This document shows positions 45,082 through 55,497 of a stretch of DNA of 64,000 nt, piece after piece (position 1 is the first letter of the stretch; each line of letters begins with the position of its first letter). The notes under the pieces were generated by a model, which saw nothing but the letters and a program-made list of their open reading frames with translations, made no database searches and was not told where the DNA came from. Location of the stretch: positions 10,132 to 74,131 of the forward strand of contig JBKPTD010000005.1 in NCBI GenBank assembly GCA_046735375.1. Reading direction: 5' to 3'. Position numbers and translations under genes: made by a program. This stretch comes from Actinomycetota bacterium (GTDB lineage Bacteria; Actinomycetota; Actinomycetes; JAKEEW01).

Positions 45082-45204
45082 GTGGGCGCTGCCATCTCGT
45101 GATCGGCTATCCGCCGAACGGTTGAGTCGGCACCGTCCACCTGCGCTATGGAATCCGGTCCAGACCGCTGGAAAGCTACCCAAGGTCACGACAGGACTCG
45201 GGGA

Positions 45205-45339
45205 ATGTTGATGCGCAGGAGGCGCGGTTCCGGGACGGGCACGTCAGCACTTGAATTCGGACTGCTTGTCGCGGTGATCGTCGCACTTGTCGTCCTGGTG
45301 TTCATCGCCATCGGCGTCCTCCTGCGGACGGCGAGTTAG
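45205..45339 (+). CDS. flp: Flp/Fap-family type IVb prepilin (orphan)
   Basis: 44 aa with a basic N-terminus, the Flp processing motif G-TSA-LEFGLLVAVIV, and a hydrophobic helix. No tad genes lie nearby. Confidence 0.5.
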   Translation: MLMRRRRGSGTGTSALEFGLLVAVIVALVVLVFIAIGVLLRTAS

Positions 45340-45418
45340 CCGGCGGCGACGAGGGGGCGTCACCGGCAGTGCAACCCGCGGAGCCCACGGGCTCACCCAG
45401 CCTCCGCGGGGCGGAGAG

Positions 45419-45500
45419 CTCGGCTGCACAGCAGCCGAGCCCGCCGGCGGAGTCGGCGGGGAGGAGGGGCGGCGGCCCTCCTCCCCGCCAATTTCTTTTT
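45419..45500 (+). terminator. Tandem hairpins with a 3' U-tract: GCTCGGCTGC-aca-GCAGCCGAGC, then GGGGAGGAGGGGC-ggc-GGCCCTCCTCCCC, then GCCAATTTCTTTTT
   Basis: Two perfect stems followed by a T-run; an intrinsic terminator downstream of flp. Confidence 0.7.
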
Positions 45501-45669
45501 ACCTGCCAGCGAGGACGCTCGTGTCCCGCTTGCCAACCGACCGTGTTCGCCGACAGGATGCGCCGAGCCCCATCTCTCGGTCGGGTCTGGCTGCGTTCTC
45601 GGTCGCCGGCGTATATGCGGTCACTCACTGGCGTGAGTGTGAGGACCCTCTCAAGCGGAAGGAAGGTCG

Positions 45670-47794
45670 TGTGAGCGTTCGCCTACGCCTTGTCCTCGGC
45701 AGCACGCTGATGCTCTTCCTGGAGCTCGCGCTGATTCGCTGGACCGGGGCGAACGTCCTGCACCTCAGCTATTTCTCGAACTTCGTCCTGCTCGGGTCAT
45801 TCCTCGGCATTGGTCTTGGTTTCCTCAGGACCGGTCCCGATCGGCCGGCGCGACCGTACTACTCCCCCGTCGTCCTGCTCGCGCTCGTGGGCTTCATCCT
45901 CGCCTTCCCCGTGGTGGTCGACCGCAAGAGCAGCGACGCGATCTTCTTTACCAGTCTGGACGCGAGCGGCCCGCCGCTGTGGGTCGCGCTGCCGCTGATC
46001 TTTCTGGCCATTGCCGCAATAATGGCGGGTCCTGGCGAACTCGTCGCGGAGTGTTTCCACCAGCTGCCCCGGCTCGATGCCTACCGATTCGACCTCATCG
46101 GCAGTCTGATCGGCATCGTTGCCTTCACCGGACTGGCGTTCGCCGGGGCGCCGTCGGCGGTGTGGGGTCTCGTCGTGGGCGGGCTGTTCCTTGTTCTCCT
46201 TGGTCCGCAGGCGCGGGGTATCGCCATCGCCACCGGCGTAGGTCTCGTCGCACTGCTCTACGGCGAGTCGACACTCGCCGGCGACGGCCTGTCCGTCACC
46301 TGGTCGCCCTATTACAAGATCACGACCCATGTACGCGCCGAGAGTGACGGCGGCACCTCTTTGATGGTGTCGGTGAACGGGATCCCGCACCAGCGGGTGA
46401 CGCTCGCCGAGCGGCGGGAGAAGCAGGAGCCGCAGTACACAGTCCCGTACGAACGCATCGCGGCTCAGCAGGTGACCAGTGGGACCGGCCAGGCGACCAT
46501 CCAACTGCCCACTGGGAGCGCCACGCAGAGCCTCCCCGACCTCGACCGGGTCCTGATCGTTGGTGCCGGGACCGGTACTGACGTCGCCATCGCGCTCAGG
46601 CACGGCGCGGCTCACATCGACGCGGTCGAGATCGACCCAAAGCTGGCCCAGCTTGGCACGGACCGCAATCCGGATCACGTGTACAGCGACCCCCGCGTCA
46701 GCGTCCACGTCGACGACGGGCGGGCCTTCCTCGAACGGACCGACACGAAGTACAACCTGATCCTCTTTGCATTGCCCGACTCGCTCACCCTGGTCTCAGG
46801 TGCCAGCTCGCTGCGGCTGGAAAGCTACCTCTTCACCGAGCAGGCGCTGGCGGCCGCACACGACCACCTCGCTCCGGGCGGGGCTTTCGCGATGTACAAC
46901 TTCTACCGGGAGGCTTGGCTCGTCGATCGCCTCGCAGGCACCATCGACACAGTGTTCGGCCATCCGCCGTGCGTGGACGCCAAGCCAAATTGGGGACAGC
47001 AGGCGGTCATGGTCGCTGGGCTGACGCCCGCCGATCAGAAATGCGCGATCACATGGTCCAGGAACGCCGCGACGCCCGCGCCATCCACCGACGATCGCCC
47101 GTTCCTCTACATCAAGGACGGAACCTTCCCGACGCTGTACATCGTGGCGCTATTGCTGATCTTGGTGGCCAGCGCCTTCGCCGTTCGGGTCACGTCGCGG
47201 GCACCGTTGCGCCGGATGTTCCCCTATCGGGACCTTTTCCTGCTTGGCGCGGCCTTCCTGCTGCTCGAGACCAAGAGTGTGACCGGCTTCGCGCTCCTGT
47301 TCGGTACGACCTGGGTGGTCAACGCCCTGGTCTTCGCCGGAGTGCTGATCGCCGTGCTCGCCGCGGTCGAAACCACGCGGCGCTTCCGCACGCCGCCGCT
47401 TCCGGTGATGTATGCCGTGCTGCTCGGCGGGCTGGCACTCGCGTGGCTGGTCCCGAGCTCATGGCTGCTGTCGCTGCCCGTCGCCCCGCGCGCAGTGCTG
47501 GCGGTCGCCATCGCTTTCATGCCTATCTTCGCGGCCAATGTGATCTTTTCGAAGCGGTTCGCTGACACCGCGGACCCGACCGTCGCCTTCGCCACGAACC
47601 TGCTCGGGGCCATGCTCGGTGGCTGCCTCGAATACCTGGCCTTGGTCACCGGCTACAACGCGCTGCTCCTGATCGCTGCTGGGTTGTACATCGGTGCTTA
47701 CCTCGTGCGGCCCAGGCAGGCGCTACAGGACGTGCATGGGCTTATCCCGGCACCGGGTGTCGCCCGCGCTGCCGGGACGACGGCAAACCGCTGA
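45670..47794 (+). CDS. Polytopic membrane protein with spermidine-synthase-like (aminopropyltransferase fold) domain
   Basis: N-terminal ~8 TM helices, a central class-I methyltransferase/spermidine synthase-like domain (VLIVGAGTGTDVA, D-x-VEID), and C-terminal ~6 TM helices. A GTG start at 45670 is likely. Confidence 0.6.
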
Positions 47795-47872
47795 GGTCTT
47801 CCCACGGCACCTGGGCTTCGAGCCGCCACGCACCCTCGTGGCCGTACCGTGAGAAGAATGAACGGTGGCGTG

Positions 47873-48874
47873 ATGGACGCCTGGGTTGTCCGTACACCGG
47901 GACCGATCGCAACAGGTCCGCTCGCCCGGGTGCGGCGTCCGGTACCGGAGCCCGGGCCGGATGAGCTGCTCGTCGCCGTAGAGGCATGTGGTGTGTGCCG
48001 GACTGACCTGCACCTCGCCGAGGGCGACCTCCCGCCCCGTCGCACAGACACCACACCGGGACATGAAGTGGTGGGGCGGGTCGTCGCGGTCGGCGGTGAG
48101 GTCAGCAGGTTCGGGATCGGCGCGCGGGTGGGCATTGCCTGGCTGCGGAGTACGTGCGGCAGATGTCGATACTGCCGCCGCGGCGCGGAGAACCTGTGTC
48201 CTTACTCGACCTACACGGGCTGGGACACCGACGGCGGCTACGCCGGCTACGCCACGGTGCCAGCGGACTATGCCTATGCACTGCCGGAAGAAGGCCCAGG
48301 CGCCGAGCTCGCCCCGCTGCTCTGCGCCGGCATCATCGGGTACCGTGCGCTGCGCCGAGCCGAGCTGCCGCCCAACGGCCGGCTCGGGATTTACGGATTC
48401 GGCGCCTCAGCTCACCTGACGGCACAGGTTGCGATCGCCGAAGGTGCCACCGTTCACGTGCTGACCAGGTCGGAGGAGGCCCGCAGGCTTGCCCTGGACA
48501 TCGGCGCAGCGAGCGCCGGCGATGCGTACGACCCACCGCCGGAGCCGCTCGACGCGGGGATTCTCTTCGCGCCGGTCGGCGACCTCGTCCCGGTCGCGCT
48601 CAGCGGCCTAGACCGAGGCGGCACCCTCGCGATCGCAGGGATCCACCTCACCGACATACCGGTGCTGAACTACGAGCGGCACCTGTTCTATGAGCGATCG
48701 GTGCGAAGCGTGACCGCGAACACCCGTCGTGACGGCGAGGAGTTCCTCGCGATCGCAGCCAAGATCGGCTTGCAGGTGACGGTCACGCCCTACCCGCTGT
48801 CCGAGGCGGATCGGGCGCTCAGCGATCTCCGCGCGGATCTGGTACGCGGCGCCGCGGTGCTGCTCCCCGGCTAG
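47873..48874 (+). CDS. Zinc-dependent alcohol dehydrogenase (MDR family)
   Basis: Catalytic Zn motif (GHEVVGRV), structural Zn motif (C..C..C.......C) and Rossmann motif ([10 protein letters not shown]). Confidence 0.8.
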   Translation: MDAWVVRTPGPIATGPLARVRRPVPEPGPDELLVAVEACGVCRTDLHLAEGDLPPRRTDTTPGHEVVGRVVAVGGEVSRFGIGARVGIAWLRSTCGRCRYCRRGAENLCPYSTYTGWDTDGGYAGYATVPADYAYALPEEGPGAELAPLLCAGIIGYRALRRAELPPNGRLGIYGFGASAHLTAQVAIAEGATVHVLTRSEEARRLALDIGAASAGDAYDPPPEPLDAGILFAPVGDLVPVALSGLDRGGTLAIAGIHLTDIPVLNYERHLFYERSVRSVTANTRRDGEEFLAIAAKIGLQVTVTPYPLSEADRALSDLRADLVRGAAVLLPG

Positions 48875-48909
48875 CCCCGCCGCGCATCCCGTCCTGCCGG
48901 TACGGCGCA

Positions 48910-50043
48910 TCATTCTGGGCCTCGGAGCAGGCCATGCAGTCGGTCGGCGATGAGGTCCCAGCGCCACGCCCGCTCGACCCAGTCACGCCCGCGCCGGCCG
49001 AGCTCTTGCGCCTTCGCGGGAGCGTTGAGCAGGTCCGCGATGCGCTCCACGACCTGTGCCGGCGACCGACCGTCGACGACATAGCCGGTCTCGCCGTCGA
49101 TCACGGCATCGGGAGCACCGCCCGAGTCGCCGGCGACGACGGGCAGTCCCGTCGCGGACGCCTCGAGATAGACGAGCCCAAGGCCCTCTACATCGAGGCC
49201 GCCGCGGCGGGTCCGGCACGGCATCGCGAAGACATCCCCGGCAGCGAAGTATCCGGGCAGGTCTGCCCACGGGACCGATCCGGTGAACATGACATCACGG
49301 CTCAGCCGGGCGTCGCCGGCCATCTGCTCCAGCCTCTTCCGGTAGGGGCCGCCGCCCACGATCAGAACGGCGGTCTCCGGCACCCGACGGCGGATCTCCG
49401 GCAGAGCACGGATGAGGGTGTCCTGCCCCTTCCGCGGTACGAGCCGGGAGACGCAGACGACCACCGGCCGGTTTGCCAGACCGAGTCTGTTGCGGATTTC
49501 GGCGCCGCCCGCGCCCGGCCGGAATTCAGCCTCATCCACCCCAGGCGGGAGTTGAACCATGCGGGCCGCGGCCGCCGGCGAGAGAGCGCGGGCGATCCGC
49601 CCGCGCGTGTACTCACCGAGGTAGGTGACAACGTCCACCCCGGTACCGATGCGACGGAGTAGCGACCGCGCACCCGGAAGCTGCGCCCATCCCGCCTCGT
49701 GACCATGGGTGAGGGCAACGAATCGTTCGACGCCGGGATCATGTCGAAGCGCAGGTGCCAGCAGGCCGAGCGGAGCGGCCGCCCCAAACAGCACCGCAGT
49801 GCAATCCTCCGCCCTGGCGATCTGCCTCGCACGGCGCAGAACGGAGGGATCCGGGAGCATCAACGAGGTGGGGTGTCTCACGACCGGGTAGGGCAGTCTG
49901 GCGTCGAAGGCGGCCGCGCCGCGCCACGCCGGAGCGTAGACAACAACCGATCCGACCGGCTGGCGAATCGCTAGAGCGTGGACAAATGACTGGATCCCAC
50001 CGGGTCGGGGCGGGTAGTCATTTGTGATCACCAAGGTCCGCAT
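48910..50043 (-). CDS. pimB: GT4-family glycosyltransferase (PimB/Rv2188c-like mannosyltransferase)
   Basis: Begins MRTLVITNDYPPRPGGIQSF and has the E-x7-E GT4 motif region. It is adjacent to fadD15, as in M. tuberculosis. Confidence 0.75.
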   Translation of the reverse strand: MRTLVITNDYPPRPGGIQSFVHALAIRQPVGSVVVYAPAWRGAAAFDARLPYPVVRHPTSLMLPDPSVLRRARQIARAEDCTAVLFGAAAPLGLLAPALRHDPGVERFVALTHGHEAGWAQLPGARSLLRRIGTGVDVVTYLGEYTRGRIARALSPAAAARMVQLPPGVDEAEFRPGAGGAEIRNRLGLANRPVVVCVSRLVPRKGQDTLIRALPEIRRRVPETAVLIVGGGPYRKRLEQMAGDARLSRDVMFTGSVPWADLPGYFAAGDVFAMPCRTRRGGLDVEGLGLVYLEASATGLPVVAGDSGGAPDAVIDGETGYVVDGRSPAQVVERIADLLNAPAKAQELGRRGRDWVERAWRWDLIADRLHGLLRGPE

Positions 50044-50087
50044 CGGACCGCCACCCTATCCACTTGCCAGGTCAGCACCTGATCGAG

Positions 50088-51455
50088 TCAGCCGCTGCTT
50101 ACGCCATGGATCGTGGCCCAGTCGCGGGCAATGGCGATCCGCTCGGGCGGCGTCGGGTGGGACGCGAAGAGGCCGTACACGACCGGACCCGGATCGAGGT
50201 CGGCGAGGTTTGTCACCGCGAGGCGATGCTGCATCGCAATCTGACCTGGCGGGTCGCGGACGAGGTCAAGGGCATGAACATCGGCGCGCGCCTCGATCCT
50301 GCGGCTGACGAGCAGCTCGAGTGGCGTCGCGAGCTGCGTGAACACCGCCACGATGGCCAGGATCAGGGCAATCGACCGCGGATCCGCCAGCGTCGAGACA
50401 CCGGCTCGGTGTTGGAGCCACGGCAGTTCGAGCACGAGGTAGAGGAGGCAGACCCCGAATGCCAGGCCGAGGGCGCCGATCAGGGTGCCGCGCAACACGT
50501 CGTGATGCTTGACATGTCCAAGCTCGTGCGCCGTGATCAGCCGGATCTCCTCGGGGGACATGTCGCGCAGCGTGGTGTCGTAGACCACAATGCGCCGGGT
50601 CGACCCGAAGCCGGAGACGTAGGCGTTGAGCCGGGTCGTACGTCTGGACGCATCCGCGACGAGCACATCCTTGACCGGCAGACCGTCCTTGTCGGCCAAC
50701 GCGATGAGCGAGCTCTTGAGCGGGCCGGGCTCCATCGGCTTGAAGTTGTTGAACACGGGCTCGATCAGCAATGGGTAGACGAACGAGCCGACGACGACCA
50801 TCAAGGCGGCGAGCGCGGAGGCGGGTACCCACCACCAGTGCGGTGAACGCCGGACGAGGGCGAGCAGAACGAAGAGAGCAAAGGCGATCACCACTGCGTT
50901 GATGCCGAACGCCTTCAGCCGATCGACCGCCCAGCTCCCCCACGTCTGCGTCGAGAGGTTGTAGTCGCGCATGACGCTCTCCGCACGAACGTCGAAGGGC
51001 AGCGTCACCAGGCTGCCAAGTGCAGTCAGAACCAACGCACCCAGCACGATGAGCCGCAGCCGGCCAGCGGCGCGCCGTCCTCGGCCGCCCACTGCGCCAA
51101 CGATGCGTGCGCCCAGTGGGGTCAGGCCGAGGAGCAGCGCGAGCGCGGAGCTGACGGCGAGCGCGGCGTAGGCCGGCGGTCGGACGGCACGGTGATAGGC
51201 CTCTTCTCGTGCGATCTCGGCCGCGGTGAAGTCCCTGGCGGGGTCGACGGCGACGGGGCCACCGGGAACAGGACCGAGCGTGCGCCACGGGGTGGTCACG
51301 ACGATCAGAGCAACAAGGCAAACGCCGAGGACCGCTGCGACGATCAGCGCCCAGCGCCGAGCCGACCAGTGCCTCACGTGCCTCCTGACTCCGTCAGCCG
51401 CGGCAAAGTTCCGCCCCTCCTCGCGAGGCCGGCTCCAGTCCGGCTCCGCCCTCAC
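50088..51455 (-). CDS. M48-family (Ste24/HtpX-like) zinc metallopeptidase
   Basis: HExxH (HELGHVKHHD), multiple TM helices, and an ATGA start/stop overlap with the upstream gene. Confidence 0.75.
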   Translation of the reverse strand: MRAEPDWSRPREEGRNFAAADGVRRHVRHWSARRWALIVAAVLGVCLVALIVVTTPWRTLGPVPGGPVAVDPARDFTAAEIAREEAYHRAVRPPAYAALAVSSALALLLGLTPLGARIVGAVGGRGRRAAGRLRLIVLGALVLTALGSLVTLPFDVRAESVMRDYNLSTQTWGSWAVDRLKAFGINAVVIAFALFVLLALVRRSPHWWWVPASALAALMVVVGSFVYPLLIEPVFNNFKPMEPGPLKSSLIALADKDGLPVKDVLVADASRRTTRLNAYVSGFGSTRRIVVYDTTLRDMSPEEIRLITAHELGHVKHHDVLRGTLIGALGLAFGVCLLYLVLELPWLQHRAGVSTLADPRSIALILAIVAVFTQLATPLELLVSRRIEARADVHALDLVRDPPGQIAMQHRLAVTNLADLDPGPVVYGLFASHPTPPERIAIARDWATIHGVSSG

Positions 51456-52885
51456 GCGGCCAGATCGGCTACGTAGTCGCGCCAGGCCGCGGTGAACCGC
51501 TTGGCGGTCGTCCCGAGTACGCCGTCGAAGGCCGCCCCGAGGTTCGCCCTCCGGGTACCGCCGAACGTGCCGACTTCACGGTAGAAGGCGACGAGCTTGC
51601 TCTGGCCCTGTTGGTCGGCGACGAGTCGGCAGGCCAGCCACGCCTTCTCGTACGTCGCGGCAAGATTGTCACGTTGAACGTCGAAGTCCTTGTCGCTCGG
51701 GAGGACCTTCGGAGCACCGTCGAGCCGAACGTCTCGCAGAAGCTCGCGGGCCGCCACGTCCGCCGGCACGTCCGTACCGAGATAGCCGACGTAGTCGGCG
51801 AAGCCCTCCGACAGCCAGGTGGGGGTCCACGTGTTGGTCGATGTCCTGGTGGCCACATGCGTTATTTCATGGGTCATCACGATGCGGCGACCCGTGCTGC
51901 TGAGCTTCGCCCAGATGGCCGGGTTGATGACGATCCGATCAGCGACACCGACGTCGGTCGGCATCGCCGATTCCGCCCGGGTGATCGCGGCAATCTGGGC
52001 GTACTTCCCCGCTGGCGCACCGAGCAGCGCGGCCATCCTCGCCTGGCTGTCCGGAGCCAGTACCACGACCTTCTGCTCCCAGTCTGTCCCCCAGACCCTT
52101 GTCACGCGCGGCACGGCCGCATCGGCCTCACCTGCGTGCCGCTCGAGCGAGGCCCTGGCGCCCTGCCCGAGCACGATGCTGTGTTCACCCCGCACAACCG
52201 TGACCGGCCCGAAGTCCCAGAGCTGCCGCTGGGTGAGATAACCGGCCCTATCGCCATCGGTGTCTGCGGCGATGTACCAGTGGCCGCCGTGCTGCCCAAA
52301 GGTGTAGTAGAGGTCCAATCGCGCCGCGGTGTGGTCGTACCCGTCGATCCGGTACCGGGCGGTGACCTTCCCGGCGAACGCATCAATGCCGAGCTCGGTC
52401 TGCCGCGTCGCGGAGAGCTGGAACGGCGAGGCGTCGGTCAGTTTGTAGGTCCAGCCGCGATAAGGAACGGACGCCAACGCGTCGAACATCTTTTGCTGAC
52501 TCTGGACGAATCGCGGTGCGCCGGGGTCGACCGTCGCGAGGAACGACTCGCGATCTCGATGGCTGATCGCGGCTGCCCGCCGGTCGAGCATCGCCTGGAC
52601 GGCCACCAAGCGAGCTCGACTCGGATGGACCGATGTGCTCGGTGCCGGGGATCCCGCCGTCGCATTCGGACGCTCCGCGGTGCGCAGTCCGGCGTCGCTG
52701 CCCACCTGGTTGTACGCGACCACGCCAGCGGTGGCGAACAGCGAGAGCACTATCGCAACGGCAGCTAGGCGTGGGCGCCCGAGTCGCCCGCGTCGGGGCT
52801 GGCCGACCGTCGGCAGGGTCGGGCTGTCACCGTCCCGCGACGCGACGTCGACCGCCGCGGGATCGGCTCGCTCGCCATCCTGCAC
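51452..52885 (-). CDS. Membrane-anchored hypothetical protein with C-terminal HExxH (putative zinc peptidase-like domain)
   Basis: N-terminal TM anchor and an MTHEITHV motif. It is translationally coupled to the M48 peptidase. Confidence 0.45.
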   Translation of the reverse strand: MQDGERADPAAVDVASRDGDSPTLPTVGQPRRGRLGRPRLAAVAIVLSLFATAGVVAYNQVGSDAGLRTAERPNATAGSPAPSTSVHPSRARLVAVQAMLDRRAAAISHRDRESFLATVDPGAPRFVQSQQKMFDALASVPYRGWTYKLTDASPFQLSATRQTELGIDAFAGKVTARYRIDGYDHTAARLDLYYTFGQHGGHWYIAADTDGDRAGYLTQRQLWDFGPVTVVRGEHSIVLGQGARASLERHAGEADAAVPRVTRVWGTDWEQKVVVLAPDSQARMAALLGAPAGKYAQIAAITRAESAMPTDVGVADRIVINPAIWAKLSSTGRRIVMTHEITHVATRTSTNTWTPTWLSEGFADYVGYLGTDVPADVAARELLRDVRLDGAPKVLPSDKDFDVQRDNLAATYEKAWLACRLVADQQGQSKLVAFYREVGTFGGTRRANLGAAFDGVLGTTAKRFTAAWRDYVADLAA

Positions 52886-52978
52886 GTGCGTGACTCCCCT
52901 TCGGACTGACCCGGACCTAGAGAGGCGTATGCCCAGCGAGGCCGACTCTCACGGACGTTAGCGATCGTACGGCGCCCG

Positions 52979-53027
52979 CATGAAGGGCACCTTCACCCGA
53001 TGGGTCCGGGTGAAGGTGCCCTTCATG
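52979..53027. repeat. REP-like palindromic element copy 4 (ATGAAGGGCACCTTCACCC-gatgggtcc-GGGTGAAGGTGCCCTTCAT) plus degenerate half-site at 53056-53070
   Basis: A perfect inverted repeat identical in its arms to copy 1. Here it lies in a divergent intergenic region. Confidence 0.85.
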
Positions 53028-53187
53028 CCTGTCCGGATCGAGCAAGGGCGCCTTTCATGCCCGGCAGGTGCACGGATGCCCCCTCTCCGACCTGGGTTGT
53101 CTGCCTCAGGCAGTCATGCCGCTGCTCGGTACCGCGGTGAAACTGTCCGCCCAGACGGCTAGCGTGGCCATGACTGGGAGGACACCA

Positions 53188-53943
53188 ATGGACGACATGT
53201 CTGGCAGGACCACGATCGTCGTCGGTGCAAGCCGGGGCCTCGGCCACGGGATCGCCACAGCCTTCGCCCAGGCCGGCGCCCCGGTGGTCGCAGTATCCCG
53301 TACCCAGGCGGCTTTTCCCGAGTCGGCCAACGGCGCCAGCGCCATCCGGACGGAAGTGGCCGATGCCAGTGACGCCACGGTGGTGGGCAGCCTCATCGAC
53401 CGTTACGAGCCAGTGACCGTCATTTTGGTGGCCGGCGCTAGCCCGCACATGCGCCCGCTGCAGCAACAGACCTGGGAGACGTTCTCGGTCAACTGGGAGA
53501 CCGATGTCCGAATCACGTTCCACTGGCTGCGCGAGGCGCTGCTCAAGCCGCTGCGGCCAGGCAGCAGGGTGGTCGTGTTCAGCAGCGGCGCGGCGCTGAA
53601 CCCGAACGGTTCACCGCTCAGCGGCGGATACGCCGGCGCCAAGGCCACACAGCGCTTCATCACCGGATATGCCCAGGACGAGGCGAGGCGCGCCGGACTT
53701 GACATCACGTTCACCGCGGTGCTCCCACGGTTCGCGCCCATGACCGGCGTCGGCCCGCCAGCAGTCCAGGCGTACGCGACCCTCGCCGGCCAGTCCGTAG
53801 ACGATTACCTCGATCAGCTGGACTTCTCGCCGCTGACCCCGGAGATCGCCGGCACCGCACTGGTCAAGCTGATACAGGAGGATGCCGCCAACGTCGCCCC
53901 CGCCTATGTGTTGACCGGCGCCGGGCTGCAGAAGCCACCCTGA
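53188..53943 (+). CDS. Short-chain dehydrogenase/reductase (SDR)
   Basis: Glycine-rich NAD(P)-binding loop (GASRGLG) and catalytic YxxxK (YAGAKA). Confidence 0.75.
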   Translation: MDDMSGRTTIVVGASRGLGHGIATAFAQAGAPVVAVSRTQAAFPESANGASAIRTEVADASDATVVGSLIDRYEPVTVILVAGASPHMRPLQQQTWETFSVNWETDVRITFHWLREALLKPLRPGSRVVVFSSGAALNPNGSPLSGGYAGAKATQRFITGYAQDEARRAGLDITFTAVLPRFAPMTGVGPPAVQAYATLAGQSVDDYLDQLDFSPLTPEIAGTALVKLIQEDAANVAPAYVLTGAGLQKPP

Positions 53944-54031
53944 CCAAGGTCACGTCACCAGCAACGGCAGGGCTGGGTCCAGGTCCCGTGCACGCTCCAG
54001 GGGGCCCCGCGACGCTGTTCAGCCGAACGAG

Positions 54032-55045
54032 CTAGCCGACGCGGCGGGCGGCCACGAACGGCATTGTGTCGATCGCCGTCACCTTGACGACATCACCGGG
54101 GTGCGGGGCATGGATCATAAGCCCCTCCCCGATGTAGATGCCGACGTGACTGATCGGGCTGTAGAAGAAGACCAGGTCGCCAGGTTGCAGGCTTGACCTG
54201 GAGACGGCGACGCCGACCTGAGCTTGCGCGGCCGAGACCCTGGGCAGGGTGACCCCCGCGGCTTGATAGGCACCAAGGGTCAAACCGGAGCAGTCCCACG
54301 AGCTGGGCCCGGTGGCCCCCCACACGTAGGGCTCACCGACCTGGTCTATGGCGAAGCGGACCGCCTTGCCGGCGCGGCCGCTTGGCAGGTTCTCCTTGAT
54401 GCTGTCCGGGACGACCAGCGAACCGGTCGACCGCAAAAAAGCACGCTGTTCGAGCTTGAGCGTCGCGAGCAACCCGTTGGCCCTTCGCATGCTCGCCTCG
54501 ATCGCGTCCCGCTTCTCGGTCATCGCGTTCTGCAGCTGCTCGATCTCACCGATCTGCCGAGTTGCCTGCGAGCGAATGGTCAGCAGATCCTGGCGGGCCA
54601 TCTCGACCCTGCGCAGTGCGTCCGCCTGCTGCGCGGACAGTTGATCGAGTGTTGTCGCCTGCTCGAGGAACTGCTGGGGATCGTCGGACAGGAACAGCTG
54701 GAGGGTCTGGTCGACGCCACCACTGCGGTAGGCCATCGTCGCGAAGATGCCGTTCTCCGTGAGCAGCTTGTCCAGCTGGTTCTGCTGCTCACCGACACGC
54801 TCTTGCGTGACCTTCAGCTCCCGCTCGGCAGCGCGCATTCGGTCCTGGTAGCCGTTGTACTGCTCGGTGGCCACTTCTGCACCGTGGTAGAGCTCACCGA
54901 TCTTCTTCTGGACATCGGTGATGCTCGTCGGATCCGCCTGCCCCGCAGAGGGGACCGTGATCAGAAGTGCCGTCGCGGCGGCTGATAAAACGCCAAGAGT
55001 GCGCGCCGGACGAAAACCACTGTGCGACGCCAACTGGTGTGGCAC
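54032..55045 (-). CDS. NlpC/P60 peptidoglycan endopeptidase with N-terminal coiled-coil (RipA/RipC-like)
   Basis: Signal peptide, ~200-aa coiled coil, and a C-terminal NlpC/P60 domain (Cys in DCSGL, His in SHVGIY). It uses a GTG start. Confidence 0.8.
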   Translation of the reverse strand: MPHQLASHSGFRPARTLGVLSAAATALLITVPSAGQADPTSITDVQKKIGELYHGAEVATEQYNGYQDRMRAAERELKVTQERVGEQQNQLDKLLTENGIFATMAYRSGGVDQTLQLFLSDDPQQFLEQATTLDQLSAQQADALRRVEMARQDLLTIRSQATRQIGEIEQLQNAMTEKRDAIEASMRRANGLLATLKLEQRAFLRSTGSLVVPDSIKENLPSGRAGKAVRFAIDQVGEPYVWGATGPSSWDCSGLTLGAYQAAGVTLPRVSAAQAQVGVAVSRSSLQPGDLVFFYSPISHVGIYIGEGLMIHAPHPGDVVKVTAIDTMPFVAARRVG

Positions 55046-55054
55046 CCCTTCTTC

Positions 55055-55205
55055 CTCCCACCGCCGACCGGGTGAGCTGACGGGTTCGGGCGGGGAAGAT
55101 CGGCCCTACGGTGCGTCGCATCCAGGCGTCACACCGATTCACCCCTGGGATCCACTGGGTCCCCGGCTCCGCTCGCAGCCGGTTGAGAATTCGCCGGCGA
55201 GGTCG
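55055..55205 (-). ncRNA. ydaO (c-di-AMP) riboswitch, copy A
   Basis: The minus strand reads ...CCGGGGACCC...CAGGGGUGAAUCGGUGUGACGCCUGGAUGCGACGCACCGUAGGGCCGAUCUUCCCCGCCCGAACCCGUCAGCUCACCCGG..., matching the conserved ydaO blocks. It sits immediately 5' of a purine-rich Shine-Dalgarno and the NlpC/P60 start. Confidence 0.7.
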
Positions 55206-55497
55206 CAGATTAGGCGGGACGTCCGCCCTCATCCCCGGTGGGATGAGCGTCCGTAGCGGACGTCTGGCGCGAAAACATATCGGTGATCAGGTACGCGGAG
55301 CAAGCACCGGAGCGGTCCGCTTCATGACAGTCCAACGATGCTGCACGCGGCAGACGGGCACGGCAATCTGAGCGAGCGGCGCGGCGGCCAGGATCATCGT
55401 GACAGCCGCAATCCATGGAGCGAGGCGCCGGCCGGGGCTCGGCGGAGGTCCCGGCCGTAACGCCTCACGTATCAAAGATGGCGTCCGAGGCGACGTG

